Shown one piece after another: positions 1 to 9,052 of a stretch of DNA of 64,000 bases. Below the pieces are notes generated by a model. That model did no database searches, had not been told where the DNA came from, and saw only the letters and a list, made by a program, of their open reading frames with translations. The stretch comes from an uncultured Solirubrobacterales bacterium (lineage in GTDB: Bacteria > Actinomycetota > Thermoleophilia > Solirubrobacterales > 70-9): positions 857,252-921,251 of the forward strand of contig CAWJNX010000001.1 of NCBI GenBank assembly GCA_963844395.1. Direction: 5' to 3'. The number at the start of each line of letters is the position of its first letter. Position 1 is the first letter of the stretch. The position numbers and the translations under genes are program-made.

Positions 1-1219
1 AGTTGGCGTTGTAGGCGGCGACGTCGGCGGTGGAGCGGACGTGGCGGGCGACTACCCGCTCGCGCAGGCCCGGGGCGAAGCGTTCGACCTGGTCGAGCAG
101 CGCATCGGTCGCGTCCCCCGGATAGCCGCGCGGGACATGAGCGTAGGTCCAGATCGGATGGACGTCGCCCACCGAGCGGCTCGGGTCGGCGAGGTACTGC
201 TGACCGACCAGGACGAAGGGCCGTTCAGGCATGCAGCCGCGGTTGATCTCGCGCTCGGCGGCGACCAGCTCCGCGAAGGAGCCGATCACGTGGACCGTCC
301 CGGCCCGACGCGCGGCCGGATCGGTCCACGGCACGCCGCCCTCGACGGCGAGGTCCAGCTTGAAGGCGCCCGGGCCGTGCCTGTAGCGGCGGTAGGCGCG
401 AGCGACGCGAGGCGGCAGGCGGTCCCCGGCGATATCGGCGACGGCGCCCGGCGCGAGGTCGAAGACGACGACGTCGGTCGCCGGTAGCTCGGCGAGTGAG
501 CGCACGGATCGTCCGGTCTCGATCTTCCCGCCATGCTCGAGGACAACCCCGGCCAGCGCCTCGGCGATCGCACCCGAGCCGCCGCGGGCGACCGGCCAGC
601 CGTAGCGGTGGCCGGCGACAATCAGGGCCACGCCGACCGCCGAGCTGAGCGGCCGCCTCAGGTCGCTGTAGGAGTGGGCGGCGACGCCGCCGAAGAGCGC
701 CCGCGCCGCCTCGGTCTGCAGCGTCCGGGCCAGGACCGTCGCCGGGGCCAGGGTCGGCAGGCCGAAGCGCACCAGGAGCAACGGGTGACTGGGCAGGTGC
801 GGCAGCGGTCCCATGATGTCCTCGCAGAGCGCGTCGAAGCGCTCGGAGGGGCGCTCGAAGAGCCGCTTCCAGGCTGCCCCCGCCTCGCCGAGCCCAGTGG
901 CGGTAGTGTCGATCGAGCGCAGCATCGTGGCCGCCGTTCCGTCGTCGAAGGGGTGCGCGAGGTCTACCTCCGGCCAGGCCCACTCAAGGCCGTGGCGCTC
1001 GACTCCGAGCGAGGCGAGCGCCAGCGAGCCGGGCGCCATCGGATGAGTCGCCGAGCAGTCGTCGTGCAGCAGGCCGGGCAGGGTCAGCTCGCTGGTGCGG
1101 GCGCCGCCGCCGATCCTCTCCTTCGCCTCGATCACCGTGACCCCTATGCCGCGGGTGGCCAGCGTGGCGGCGCAGGAGAGCCCGTTCGGCCCCGAGCCGA
1201 CGACGATCGCGCTGCTCAT
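1..1219 (-). CDS. FAD-dependent oxidoreductase, phytoene-desaturase (CrtI)-like family; 3' end runs off the window
   Basis: My own translation from the ATG at 1219-1217 gives MSSAIVVGSGPNGLSCAATLATRGIGVTVIEAKERIGGGART..., a GxGxxG dinucleotide-binding N-terminus. The frame stays open to nt 1 (...DQVERFAPGLRERVVARHV...). It is absent from the ORF track because it has no stop in the window. It has an ATGA start/stop overlap with the upstream gene. Confidence 0.75.
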   Translation of the reverse strand, partial: MSSAIVVGSGPNGLSCAATLATRGIGVTVIEAKERIGGGARTSELTLPGLLHDDCSATHPMAPGSLALASLGVERHGLEWAWPEVDLAHPFDDGTAATMLRSIDTTATGLGEAGAAWKRLFERPSERFDALCEDIMGPLPHLPSHPLLLVRFGLPTLAPATVLARTLQTEAARALFGGVAAHSYSDLRRPLSSAVGVALIVAGHRYGWPVARGGSGAIAEALAGVVLEHGGKIETGRSVRSLAELPATDVVVFDLAPGAVADIAGDRLPPRVARAYRRYRHGPGAFKLDLAVEGGVPWTDPAARRAGTVHVIGSFAELVAAEREINRGCMPERPFVLVGQQYLADPSRSVGDVHPIWTYAHVPRGYPGDATDALLDQVERFAPGLRERVVARHVRSTADVAAYNAN

Positions 1220-3000
1220 GGCGCTGCCGCCGGGGTGCGACCACCGCGGCCGCGTTCGTCCTCCGTGCCCTCGTCGCCGGCGTGGCCACTCGGCTCGACC
1301 GGGAACGGCCGCTCGTCCAGCCACGGCTGCCGCTCGACCATGTCGGCGACGCTCACCGTGCCCTCCTCGAACAGGCCGGTGGCGGCGTCGTAGATCCGGT
1401 ACCGCTGACGCTGCACGTGGGCGGGTTGGGACTCGAGCACGACGACCCGCAGTTGGCCCGGCTCGAAGCGGCAGCGCTCCTGGACCGCCGCGAGCAGACG
1501 TTGGTCGTGGAAGTGGCCGTCGCCGAAGTTGTAGCCGAGCACGACGCCGGCGACCAGCTCGCCCTCCCGGACCCGGTAGTCCTCGAGGTCGTCGACGGCC
1601 CGCGCCACGAGCCCGTTGAGAGCCCGCCCGTGCGAGTGCATCGAGCGGAAGGCGAGGCCTTTGTGCAGCAGCAGCTCGGCCGTCTCGCGGTCGTAGAACT
1701 TGGCCAGCTGCTCAACCGGGATCGGCGCCGACTTGACGATCTGGCGGTCGAGCTTCTCCTCCGCCCCGCTCTGCTTGTCGAACAGCCACTGGCTGGTCGC
1801 CCAGTTGCCCGCGTAGTAGCGCATCGAGAGCAGGAACGAGATTAGGTCGGGACGGAAGTTGCCGAGCACCGGCAGACCGACGCAGGCAATCGCGAGGATC
1901 GCGATCAACAGCGGATCGTCGAGGCTTGAGAGCGGCGTCGCGCCGTAGTGCCCGAAGAGGAAGAGCAGGCCGAAGACCATGAAGACGTTCCACTCCAACG
2001 GCACCGCCAGCGGGAAGGTCGAGAAGATGTGGACGTGGAAGACGATCATCCCGGCGACGGCGATCGTCCCCAGCGTTCCGCCCTGGCTGACCAGCAGGAT
2101 CGCCGGCAGCGTGAACTCCATCGCGGTCCCAATATGGGCGAGCAGAGCGCCCTCTTGTGAGGGCAGCATGTCCTCCGGATGATCGCGCCAGAGCCGCCGC
2201 TTCGCCGCCCGCCAGCGGTTCCAGGGCGTGTTGCTGATCATCACCGTGACGACGAAGGGGAAGTGACGGTTCAGCTTCGAAGCCGCGGCGCCCCACCAGA
2301 TGCAGACGAAGACGATCTGGGCGGCGACAAGCATGTTGTCGAGCGGGAAGAGGAATACGAGCATCAGCGTCCCGTAGATCTCCACCCGGGCGGCGAGGAA
2401 GGGGACCTTGTCGCGCAGGCCGAGCAGGGCAAGGAAGGCCAGGGCCATGCCGACCGCGAGCGGGTCGAGGCGGCCGGCCGCAGTGCCGGCAGCGCCGGTC
2501 TCTCCGGCGACCAGCAGGTAGCCGAGCGCGCCGATCAGGCCGGCGTAGAGCGCGACGTCGAGGAGGTTGCGGGTCGTGCCGCCGGTGAGCGGGACGCGCT
2601 GTGACCAGGGCGGCAGCCGCACCGTTCCCGGCCGCAGCCAGTAGAGAAGGCCGCCGATCATCGGCGAGAAGCGCAGGGTCAGCGGCAGCGACCCGGCGCC
2701 GAGCCCGAGCACCTCCCATAGCATCGTCCAGACGACCGCCTTCTGGAAGACGACCGGCTCCGTCCACCAGCTCCCTAGATCGCCGAGGCCGCCGAGGCCG
2801 TCCGTCGTTGCGGCGATCAGCAGCAGCCCGCCGCCCGCGTAGAGGGCGATCTTGACGAGGTAGAGCAGGTAGACGAAGTAGGGCGTGCCGAACCCGTTCA
2901 GCGCCCAGTCCTGGGCCAGCGGCTTGATCCGCTCCAGGTGCGGGAGACGCTTCCACTCCTCCAAGTCGAACGGCGGCGGAGCGGGGCTGATGAATCCCAT
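1216..3000 (-). CDS. Large polytopic membrane protein, DUF3556-like
   Basis: 594-aa ORF with many hydrophobic helices followed by a soluble C-terminal part. The length and character fit the DUF3556 family as I remember it (not searched). Confidence 0.7.
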   Translation of the reverse strand: MGFISPAPPPFDLEEWKRLPHLERIKPLAQDWALNGFGTPYFVYLLYLVKIALYAGGGLLLIAATTDGLGGLGDLGSWWTEPVVFQKAVVWTMLWEVLGLGAGSLPLTLRFSPMIGGLLYWLRPGTVRLPPWSQRVPLTGGTTRNLLDVALYAGLIGALGYLLVAGETGAAGTAAGRLDPLAVGMALAFLALLGLRDKVPFLAARVEIYGTLMLVFLFPLDNMLVAAQIVFVCIWWGAAASKLNRHFPFVVTVMISNTPWNRWRAAKRRLWRDHPEDMLPSQEGALLAHIGTAMEFTLPAILLVSQGGTLGTIAVAGMIVFHVHIFSTFPLAVPLEWNVFMVFGLLFLFGHYGATPLSSLDDPLLIAILAIACVGLPVLGNFRPDLISFLLSMRYYAGNWATSQWLFDKQSGAEEKLDRQIVKSAPIPVEQLAKFYDRETAELLLHKGLAFRSMHSHGRALNGLVARAVDDLEDYRVREGELVAGVVLGYNFGDGHFHDQRLLAAVQERCRFEPGQLRVVVLESQPAHVQRQRYRIYDAATGLFEEGTVSVADMVERQPWLDERPFPVEPSGHAGDEGTEDERGRGGRTPAAAP

Positions 3001-3006
3001 GGCGAC

Positions 3007-3723
3007 TTAGGGTAAGCCCGGCCCGGACCGCTGCCACTCGACTTGGCCTTCACCCTCGCTGCGCGAGCGCCCCTCGACGTCGTCCCACTCGTGCAGCAGC
3101 CGCTTCAGCTGGGCGACCGCCTCGGGCGGGTGGGTGGCGACGGTCCTGGCCAGATCGAGGGCCGACTCCTCGGCGGCAGCGGCCGGCGCCACCCGGTTGA
3201 CCAGTCCCAGGCGCAGCGCCTCGTCAGCGCCAACCGTGCGCGAGGAGAGCAGCAGGTACTTGGCGGCGGCCAGCCCGCAGAGGGTGACGAGGCGGGCGGG
3301 GCCAACCGGCACGCCGAGCGCCGCGCCGGGGAAGCGCATCCGCAGGTTCGAGCCGGCGACCCGCATGTCGCAGCCGATCGCGATCTCGGCGCCGCCGCCG
3401 ACCACGTCGCCGTGGCAGACGGCGATCGTCGGCTTGGGAAAGGCGACGATCGCGTCGTAGAGGTCGGCGAAGAGCTGCATGCGGTGGACCTTGCCCTCCT
3501 CGTCGAGCTTCTCCTTGACGTCGGCGCCGGCCGAGAGGCCCATGTGGTCGGCGGAGCTGACGACGAGCACGCGGACCGCGTCGTCGTCGCGGGCAACCGC
3601 CAGGCACTCAAGCATCTCCTCCAGCATCCGCGTGTCGATCGCGTTGCGGGCCGCGGGGCGCTGCAGGCGCAGCACCGCGACGCCCTCGTCGCCGACCTCG
3701 TAGCTCGTCCGCTCAGCGCTCAT
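3007..3723 (-). CDS. Enoyl-CoA hydratase/isomerase (crotonase) family protein
   Basis: 238 aa. It has the crotonase pattern ...RPAARNAIDTRM...VLVVSS...GLSAGADVKE...CHGDVVGGGAEIAIGCDMRVA. Confidence 0.85.
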   Translation of the reverse strand: MSAERTSYEVGDEGVAVLRLQRPAARNAIDTRMLEEMLECLAVARDDDAVRVLVVSSADHMGLSAGADVKEKLDEEGKVHRMQLFADLYDAIVAFPKPTIAVCHGDVVGGGAEIAIGCDMRVAGSNLRMRFPGAALGVPVGPARLVTLCGLAAAKYLLLSSRTVGADEALRLGLVNRVAPAAAAEESALDLARTVATHPPEAVAQLKRLLHEWDDVEGRSRSEGEGQVEWQRSGPGLP

Positions 3724-3771
3724 CGGCCGCGGACTCCCTCGTCGCCACCTGGTAGCGGGTCTGCTCAGCTC

Positions 3772-4377
3772 TCATTCGGGCGGGGACGCTAACCGCTCCA
3801 CCAGCCGCTCGGCCTCGTTGGCGGCGCGGCCGACCAGCGCCGCCACCTCCTCGCGCGGCTCGCGGAAGGGCGAGAGCACGTAGGAGGAGACGATCTCAGG
3901 GTCGGTCGAGTCGGGACGGCCGACGCCGATCCGAACCCGCCAGAACTCCCGCGAGCCGAGGCCGCGCTCGAGACTCTTGAGCCCGTTGTGGCCGGCGAGG
4001 CCGCCGCCGAGCCGCGGCTGCACCTCGCCGAAGGGCAGGTCGATCTCGTCGTGCAGGACGACGATCCGCTCGAGCGGGACCTTGAGCGAGCCGCGCGCCG
4101 GGCCGGCCGAGTCGCCTGAGGCGTTCATGAAGGTCTGGGGCAGCAGGATCGCGACGCGCGGACCGCCCGGGCGGACGCGGCCTTCGGCCAGCAGGCCGCC
4201 GAACTTGCGCTTGGCGCGGGGCAGGTCCCAGCGGCGCGACAGCTCGGCACCGACCTCGAAGCCGACGTTGTGCCGGGTCGCGGCGTGGCCCTCGCCGGGA
4301 TTGCCGAGCGCGACGATCAGGATGCGGTCGCCCGGCTCGCCCTCGCCGCGGTCCGCCCGACGGCGGAAGATGGACAT
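3772..4377 (-). CDS. pth: Peptidyl-tRNA hydrolase
   Basis: It has the ILIVALGNPGEGHAATRHNVGF signature. It lies in the conserved pth-ctc-prs-glmU order. Confidence 0.95.
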   Translation of the reverse strand: MSIFRRRADRGEGEPGDRILIVALGNPGEGHAATRHNVGFEVGAELSRRWDLPRAKRKFGGLLAEGRVRPGGPRVAILLPQTFMNASGDSAGPARGSLKVPLERIVVLHDEIDLPFGEVQPRLGGGLAGHNGLKSLERGLGSREFWRVRIGVGRPDSTDPEIVSSYVLSPFREPREEVAALVGRAANEAERLVERLASPPE

Positions 4378-4413
4378 GACGTGACTAACCCGAAATCCGG
4401 ATTGTCACGGGAG

Positions 4414-5106
4414 CTACTCCCCGCCGGAGCTGCCCGAGTCGCCGCCCTCGCCCTCGCCGCCCTCCTCGGCAGCCGGGGCCTCGCCCTCCTCGCCGACGAG
4501 CTCGGTCTCCTCCTCGACGGCGGGCTCGGGCTCTTCCTCGACGCGGGGCGGCGAGAGGGTTGCGATCGTTATCTCCTCCGGGTCGTCGGCGGCGAACTTG
4601 ACGCCCTCGGGGACGGTGAGGCTGGAGAGCTGCATCGTGTCGTTGATCTCCATTGCGGAGACGTCGGCGACGAGGCGCTCGGGGATCTCGGTCGGCAGCG
4701 CTTCGACGGTGATCTCGCGGGTGACGTGCTCGAGCACGCCGCCGCCTTTGACGCCGGGGGCGACCTCGGTCCCCTCCAGCTCGATCGCCACCTCGGCCTG
4801 GATCTCCTCGTCGAGCTTCACTTCCTGCAGGTCGATGTGCTCGAGGTTGCCGCGAAGCGGGTGCAGCTGCTGCTCCTTAACTACGACCGGAACGGCTTTC
4901 TTCCCCTCTAGCTCCAGGTCGAACAGCGCCTGGCCGCCGGCCAGCACGGTGCGCACGTCGCGGGCGCCCACCTGAAAGGGGCGGGCCTCCTTGCCGGCGC
5001 CGTAGACGACGCCCGGGACGACGCCCGAACGGCGCAGGCGACGGGAGCTGCGCGAGCCGAACTCCTCGCGAGGAGCGGCCACCAACTTTTCGCGTCCACG
5101 GGCCAT
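4414..5106 (-). CDS. rplY: 50S ribosomal protein L25 / general stress protein Ctc
   Basis: The N-terminus has RRLRRSGVVPGVVYG. It has the long acidic/Gly-rich tail typical of Ctc-type L25 and sits next to pth. Confidence 0.9.
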   Translation of the reverse strand: MARGREKLVAAPREEFGSRSSRRLRRSGVVPGVVYGAGKEARPFQVGARDVRTVLAGGQALFDLELEGKKAVPVVVKEQQLHPLRGNLEHIDLQEVKLDEEIQAEVAIELEGTEVAPGVKGGGVLEHVTREITVEALPTEIPERLVADVSAMEINDTMQLSSLTVPEGVKFAADDPEEITIATLSPPRVEEEPEPAVEEETELVGEEGEAPAAEEGGEGEGGDSGSSGGE

Positions 5107-5186
5107 CGGACGGGAGAGGATAGAGAACTAAGGGCAATTGCGATTGGCGCTGGGTTGTGCCTCGACGCGTGTGACAACCTTCCACC

Positions 5187-6638
5187 GTGAGCGACGATCC
5201 GAAGGACCCGAAGGACTCGAAGATCCCCAAGGGCCGGATCCGCCGCTCGGCGAAGCTCGGCTCGGTCGTCGGCGTGCAGGGCGCCCGCTACGCCGGCACC
5301 AAGGCGACCAACGTCGGCCGCTCCGAGGAGGGCGGCAGGGAGAAGCTCGAGCAGCGCCACCTGGAGACGGCGATGAAGATGGTCGGCACGCTTGGCCAGA
5401 TGAAGGGCGCGGCGATGAAGCTGGGTCAGTTCGCCTCCTTCATCGACACCGAGTTCCTCCCCGAGGAGTACAGCGAGATCTACCAGGAGCAGCTGGCGAA
5501 GCTGCGCACCTCGGCACCGCCGATGCCCTGGGAGAAGGTCGAGAAGGTGCTGCTCGAGGAGTACGACGGCGAACCGGTCTCCGAGCTGTTCGCCTCTTTC
5601 GAGCAGAAGGCCTTCGCCGCCGCCTCGATCGGCCAGGTGCACCGGGCCGAGCTGATCGACGGGCGCCGGGTCGCGGTCAAGATCCAGTACCCGGGGATCG
5701 CCGAGGCGCTCGACGCCGACTTGCGCAACGCCGGCATGCTGGTCCGCCTCGCCCGCGCTCTGGCACCCGGGCTCGACGCCAAGGCAATCGCCCACGAGAT
5801 CCGCGAGCGAGTGATGGAGGAGCTCGACTACGAGTACGAGGCGCAGAACCAGCGCAGCTTTGCCCGCGCCTACCGCGATCATCCCTTCGTCTACGTACCT
5901 GAAGTCGTCACCCGTCTCTCGCGCCGCCGCGTCCTCGTCACCGAGCTGGTCGAGGGGATCGGCTTCGAGGAGATCAAGGAGCTGCCGCACGAGGAGCGCA
6001 GCCGCTTCGGCGAGATCGTCTTCCGCGGCAACTTCGGCTCGATCTACCACCTGCAGCACTTCAACGCCGACCCCCATCCCGGCAACTACATCCTGATGGC
6101 GGACGGCCGCGTCGCCTTCCTCGACTTCGGCATGACCAAGAAGCTCGACCACGAGCAGATCGTGCTCGAGCAGCGGGCGATCGACGCCGCCTTCCACGAC
6201 GACCCGGAGGAGTTCCGGCGGGCGCTGCACGACCTCGGCTTCATCAAGAACCCCTCAAAGCTCGACGCCGAACGGCTGATGGAGCACACGATGGCGATCG
6301 GCGGCTGGTACATCGAGGACCGCGAGATCGAGATCACGCCGCGGCGAGTGATGAAGATCATCGAGTCGACCAACGACCCGCGCTCGGAGTACTACGACCT
6401 GATGCGGCGCGAGTCGATCCCGGCCGAGGAGCTGATGGGGCGGCGGATGGAAATCGGCGTCGTCGCCGTGCTCGGGCAGCTGCGGGCGAAGCGCAACTGG
6501 CACCGGATCATGCGCGAGTGGGTCTACGCAGACCCGCCTGCAACCGAGCTGGGCGAGCAGGAGTGGGAGTACTTCGAGGGAAGAGGCGTGATGCAGACCC
6601 CGATTGTGGAGCGGTCTTTGGAAGGAGATCAGCGATGA
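5187..6638 (+). CDS. ABC1/UbiB (AarF) family atypical kinase
   Basis: 483 aa with ...AAASIGQVHRAEL..GRRVAVKIQYPGI... and ...FNADPHPGNYIL..DGRVAFLDFGM..., which are ABC1 kinase motifs. Confidence 0.85.
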   Translation: MSDDPKDPKDSKIPKGRIRRSAKLGSVVGVQGARYAGTKATNVGRSEEGGREKLEQRHLETAMKMVGTLGQMKGAAMKLGQFASFIDTEFLPEEYSEIYQEQLAKLRTSAPPMPWEKVEKVLLEEYDGEPVSELFASFEQKAFAAASIGQVHRAELIDGRRVAVKIQYPGIAEALDADLRNAGMLVRLARALAPGLDAKAIAHEIRERVMEELDYEYEAQNQRSFARAYRDHPFVYVPEVVTRLSRRRVLVTELVEGIGFEEIKELPHEERSRFGEIVFRGNFGSIYHLQHFNADPHPGNYILMADGRVAFLDFGMTKKLDHEQIVLEQRAIDAAFHDDPEEFRRALHDLGFIKNPSKLDAERLMEHTMAIGGWYIEDREIEITPRRVMKIIESTNDPRSEYYDLMRRESIPAEELMGRRMEIGVVAVLGQLRAKRNWHRIMREWVYADPPATELGEQEWEYFEGRGVMQTPIVERSLEGDQR

Positions 6639-7498
6639 GGCGGATCAGGCGGGGCTGGCAGTTGACGAAGAAGAGCTGGGCGTTGCTGCGCGAGAACCCG
6701 GCGCTGCTGCGCTTCCCGCTCTACGGGGCGGCGGCGACGATCGTCACCGCGGCGATCGTGATCGGCCCCGGCGTCTACCTGATCGACGACGGCGAGGTCG
6801 CCTTCGGCGGGCCGCTGGCGGTAATCGGCTTCTACCTTCTCGCCCTGATCGGCTTCTACTTCAGCGTCGGCCTCGCCGCCACCGCCGACTTGATCTTCCA
6901 CGGCCGCGAGGCGACCGTCTCCGACGGGCTCGCCGTCGCCCGCAGCCGCTTCTCGCAGATCGCCGCCTGGGCTGCGGTCTCGACCGTGGTCGGGCTGGTG
7001 CTCAGCGGCCTGGAGAACCAGGGCGGGATCGCGGGCAGCATCTTCGGCCGCCTGCTGGCGGTCGGCTGGTCGCTGATCACCTTCCTCGCCGCGCCGGTGG
7101 TCGCGCTGGAGGGAACCGGGCCGTTCGAGACTTTGAAGCGCTCCGCCGGCCTGTTCAGATCGCGCTGGGGCCAGCAGGTGACCGGCAACATCGCGATCGG
7201 CGGCGCCGTCTTCCTCTTCGGCATCCTGCCGAGCATGCTGCTGATCGCGGGCGGAATCGCGATCTGGGCCACGGCCAGCTTCGTCGGCGCCCTGCTGGCG
7301 GTGATCGGAGTGATCGGCTTCGCGATCTCGGCGCTGATCAGCAGCGCCCTCAGCGGCATCTTCGGCGTCGCCCTCTACCGCTACGCGCTCGACAACGAGA
7401 CCGTCGGCGGCTTCACCGCCGAGGAGCTCGAGTCGGCGGTCAAGCCGCGCCGCGGCGGCCGCAACGCGCCGCCGACGGCGACCCCAGGTACGGTCTAG
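6635..7498 (+). CDS. Membrane protein, DUF6159-like
   Basis: I chose the internal ATG at 6635 (MRRIRRGWQLTKKSWALLRENPALLRFPL...) because it makes an ATGA overlap with the preceding stop. It has multiple TM helices. Confidence 0.7.
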   Translation: MRRIRRGWQLTKKSWALLRENPALLRFPLYGAAATIVTAAIVIGPGVYLIDDGEVAFGGPLAVIGFYLLALIGFYFSVGLAATADLIFHGREATVSDGLAVARSRFSQIAAWAAVSTVVGLVLSGLENQGGIAGSIFGRLLAVGWSLITFLAAPVVALEGTGPFETLKRSAGLFRSRWGQQVTGNIAIGGAVFLFGILPSMLLIAGGIAIWATASFVGALLAVIGVIGFAISALISSALSGIFGVALYRYALDNETVGGFTAEELESAVKPRRGGRNAPPTATPGTV

Positions 7499-7502
7499 GT
7501 AG

Positions 7503-7712
7503 GTGGACCTTCTCTGGGAGGAGCAAAGGCTCGTCATCGAAACGGATGGCGAAGAGACACACGGAACCCGGCACGCCTTCCGCCATGACCGCTGGCGCGA
7601 CCAGGTCCTGGTAGCCGCCGGCTACCGAACCGCGCGCGTCACATGGGACCAACTCGAAGACGAACCGGGGGCCGTCGTCGCGCGGATCGGACGCATGCTC
7701 AGAGCCGCATAG
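7503..7712 (+). pseudogene. C-terminal remnant of a DUF559 / Vsr-like endonuclease-domain protein
   Basis: The 69 aa VDLLWEEQRLVIETDGEETHGTRHAFRHDRWRDQVLVAAGYRTARVTW match only the C-terminal core of DUF559 proteins. The N-terminal part is missing. Confidence 0.6.
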
Positions 7713-7755
7713 CCCTTCCGGTGGGGACGGGGCGCGGTTTCCACAACGTTCGAAT

Positions 7756-8520
7756 CTAGTTGTCAACCGTCCGCAGGGCATGAAACAGGCGGGGGTCGTT
7801 CGAGCAGATGCCGTTGACGCCGGCGGCTAGGAGTTTGCGCATGCGGGGCAGGTCGTCAACGGTCCAGGCGATCAGCTCGACGCCGGCGGACTCGGTGGCG
7901 GCAGCGAGGCGGCGGCTGACGATCGGGTGGTAGACCCACATCGACTGGACGCCCATCTCGGGCAGCGCTCGGGCGGCGATCGCCGGCAGGCGGCGCCGCA
8001 TCGCGAGCAGGGCGGCGAGCATCGGGCCACGAGCCCAGCGCTTCGAGGCCCAGTCCTTCGTCACTTTGGGATAGGTCCAGCCACGCCGCAGGCGGGGCTC
8101 CAGCTCGCCGATCCGGGCCAGGCTCGACAGCTCCATGGTCGAGACCATCGCCCGGTCGAGCAGCTCCCTCTCCCGCAGCGCCGCGACGATCTCGCGCTCG
8201 CGTCCCGGCAGCTTGATGTCGAGGTCGATCTCGACCCGGTCGAGTGGGGGCTGCAGAAACGCGTCGAGCCCTTCCGCCAGCGTCAGGGGCCGGCGACGTT
8301 CGGCGTCGTGCCAGTCGTGGGCGACGACGAGCGGCGTTCGCTCAGCGGCCGGCAGATGGGGATGCCCGTCGCGGGTCCAGAGCACGTCTATCTCGATCGT
8401 GTCAACGCCCGCCTCGACCGCGGCGCGAAAGCTCTCCTCCGTATTCCCGGGCGCGATCAGGTCGGCGCCCTTGTGGCCTACCAGGCGCAGGCCAGTCGGT
8501 CGCTTGCCTGCTTCGAACAT
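7756..8520 (-). CDS. Glycerophosphodiester phosphodiesterase family protein
   Basis: I trimmed the ORF to the ATG at 8520. The sequence MFEAGKRPTGLRLVGHKGADLIAPGNTEESFRAAVEAGVDTIEIDV... has the GDPD HxG...E.D motif. Confidence 0.8.
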   Translation of the reverse strand: MFEAGKRPTGLRLVGHKGADLIAPGNTEESFRAAVEAGVDTIEIDVLWTRDGHPHLPAAERTPLVVAHDWHDAERRRPLTLAEGLDAFLQPPLDRVEIDLDIKLPGREREIVAALRERELLDRAMVSTMELSSLARIGELEPRLRRGWTYPKVTKDWASKRWARGPMLAALLAMRRRLPAIAARALPEMGVQSMWVYHPIVSRRLAAATESAGVELIAWTVDDLPRMRKLLAAGVNGICSNDPRLFHALRTVDN

Positions 8521-8576
8521 CCGCGCAGCGTAATAAGGGCGCAAGGCGGCCTGTTCGACGGATCGCCGGCGCGAAC

Positions 8577-9023
8577 TCAGTTCGGCCGGATGACCATCAG
8601 GACCAGGACCGCGGCGACCAGCAGCAGGTTGAGCCTGGCGACTATCGGCACCCAGTTGCGGCTGGGCGGGGGCGGCCGGCCACTTTCCATCCCGGCGATG
8701 CCCGCTGCCGCCTTGGGGCCTAGGTAGAAGATCCCGACCGCGGTGGAGACGATGAGCCCCGCCATCCCGAGCTGGATCCAGAGCAGGTCCCAGTCGTAGA
8801 AGCTCTCGGTCAGCCAGATCCCGAAGACGAGGGTGATCAGCGAAAGCGTCGGGAAGACGTACTTGCCGAGGAGCTTGGCGAAGCGCATCGCGACCAGCAT
8901 CGTCGCCGGATCGCCGCTGCGCGCGCCGAGGGTCATCGCGACGTTCACCGCGAAGCCGGTGCCGACCCACAGGGCGGCGGCGAGGACGTGAATGCTCTTG
9001 ACGACCGTGTACTCGTCAACCAT
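8577..9023 (-). CDS. Small membrane protein, DUF2269-like
   Basis: 148 aa with 4 predicted TM helices. The N-terminus ...KSIHVLAAALWVGTGFAV is typical of this family (from memory). Confidence 0.6.
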   Translation of the reverse strand: MVDEYTVVKSIHVLAAALWVGTGFAVNVAMTLGARSGDPATMLVAMRFAKLLGKYVFPTLSLITLVFGIWLTESFYDWDLLWIQLGMAGLIVSTAVGIFYLGPKAAAGIAGMESGRPPPPSRNWVPIVARLNLLLVAAVLVLMVIRPN

Positions 9024-9052
9024 CGGTCCGGCGAGCCTAGCCGCCGGCCCAG

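Noticed and set aside
225-983. Many long ORFs in the track lie antisense to, or in alternative frames of, recognisable genes. Examples are 225..983, 533..1393, 1712..3037, 4908..6230, 6629..7537, 17308..18237, 17949..19121, 28629..29594, 30398..31336, 39574..40995, 44628..45932, 46308..47435 and 61507..62355.
   Set aside because: They are Arg/Ala/Gly/Pro-rich products typical of non-coding frames in high-GC DNA. Each overlaps a gene with clear family motifs on the other strand or frame.
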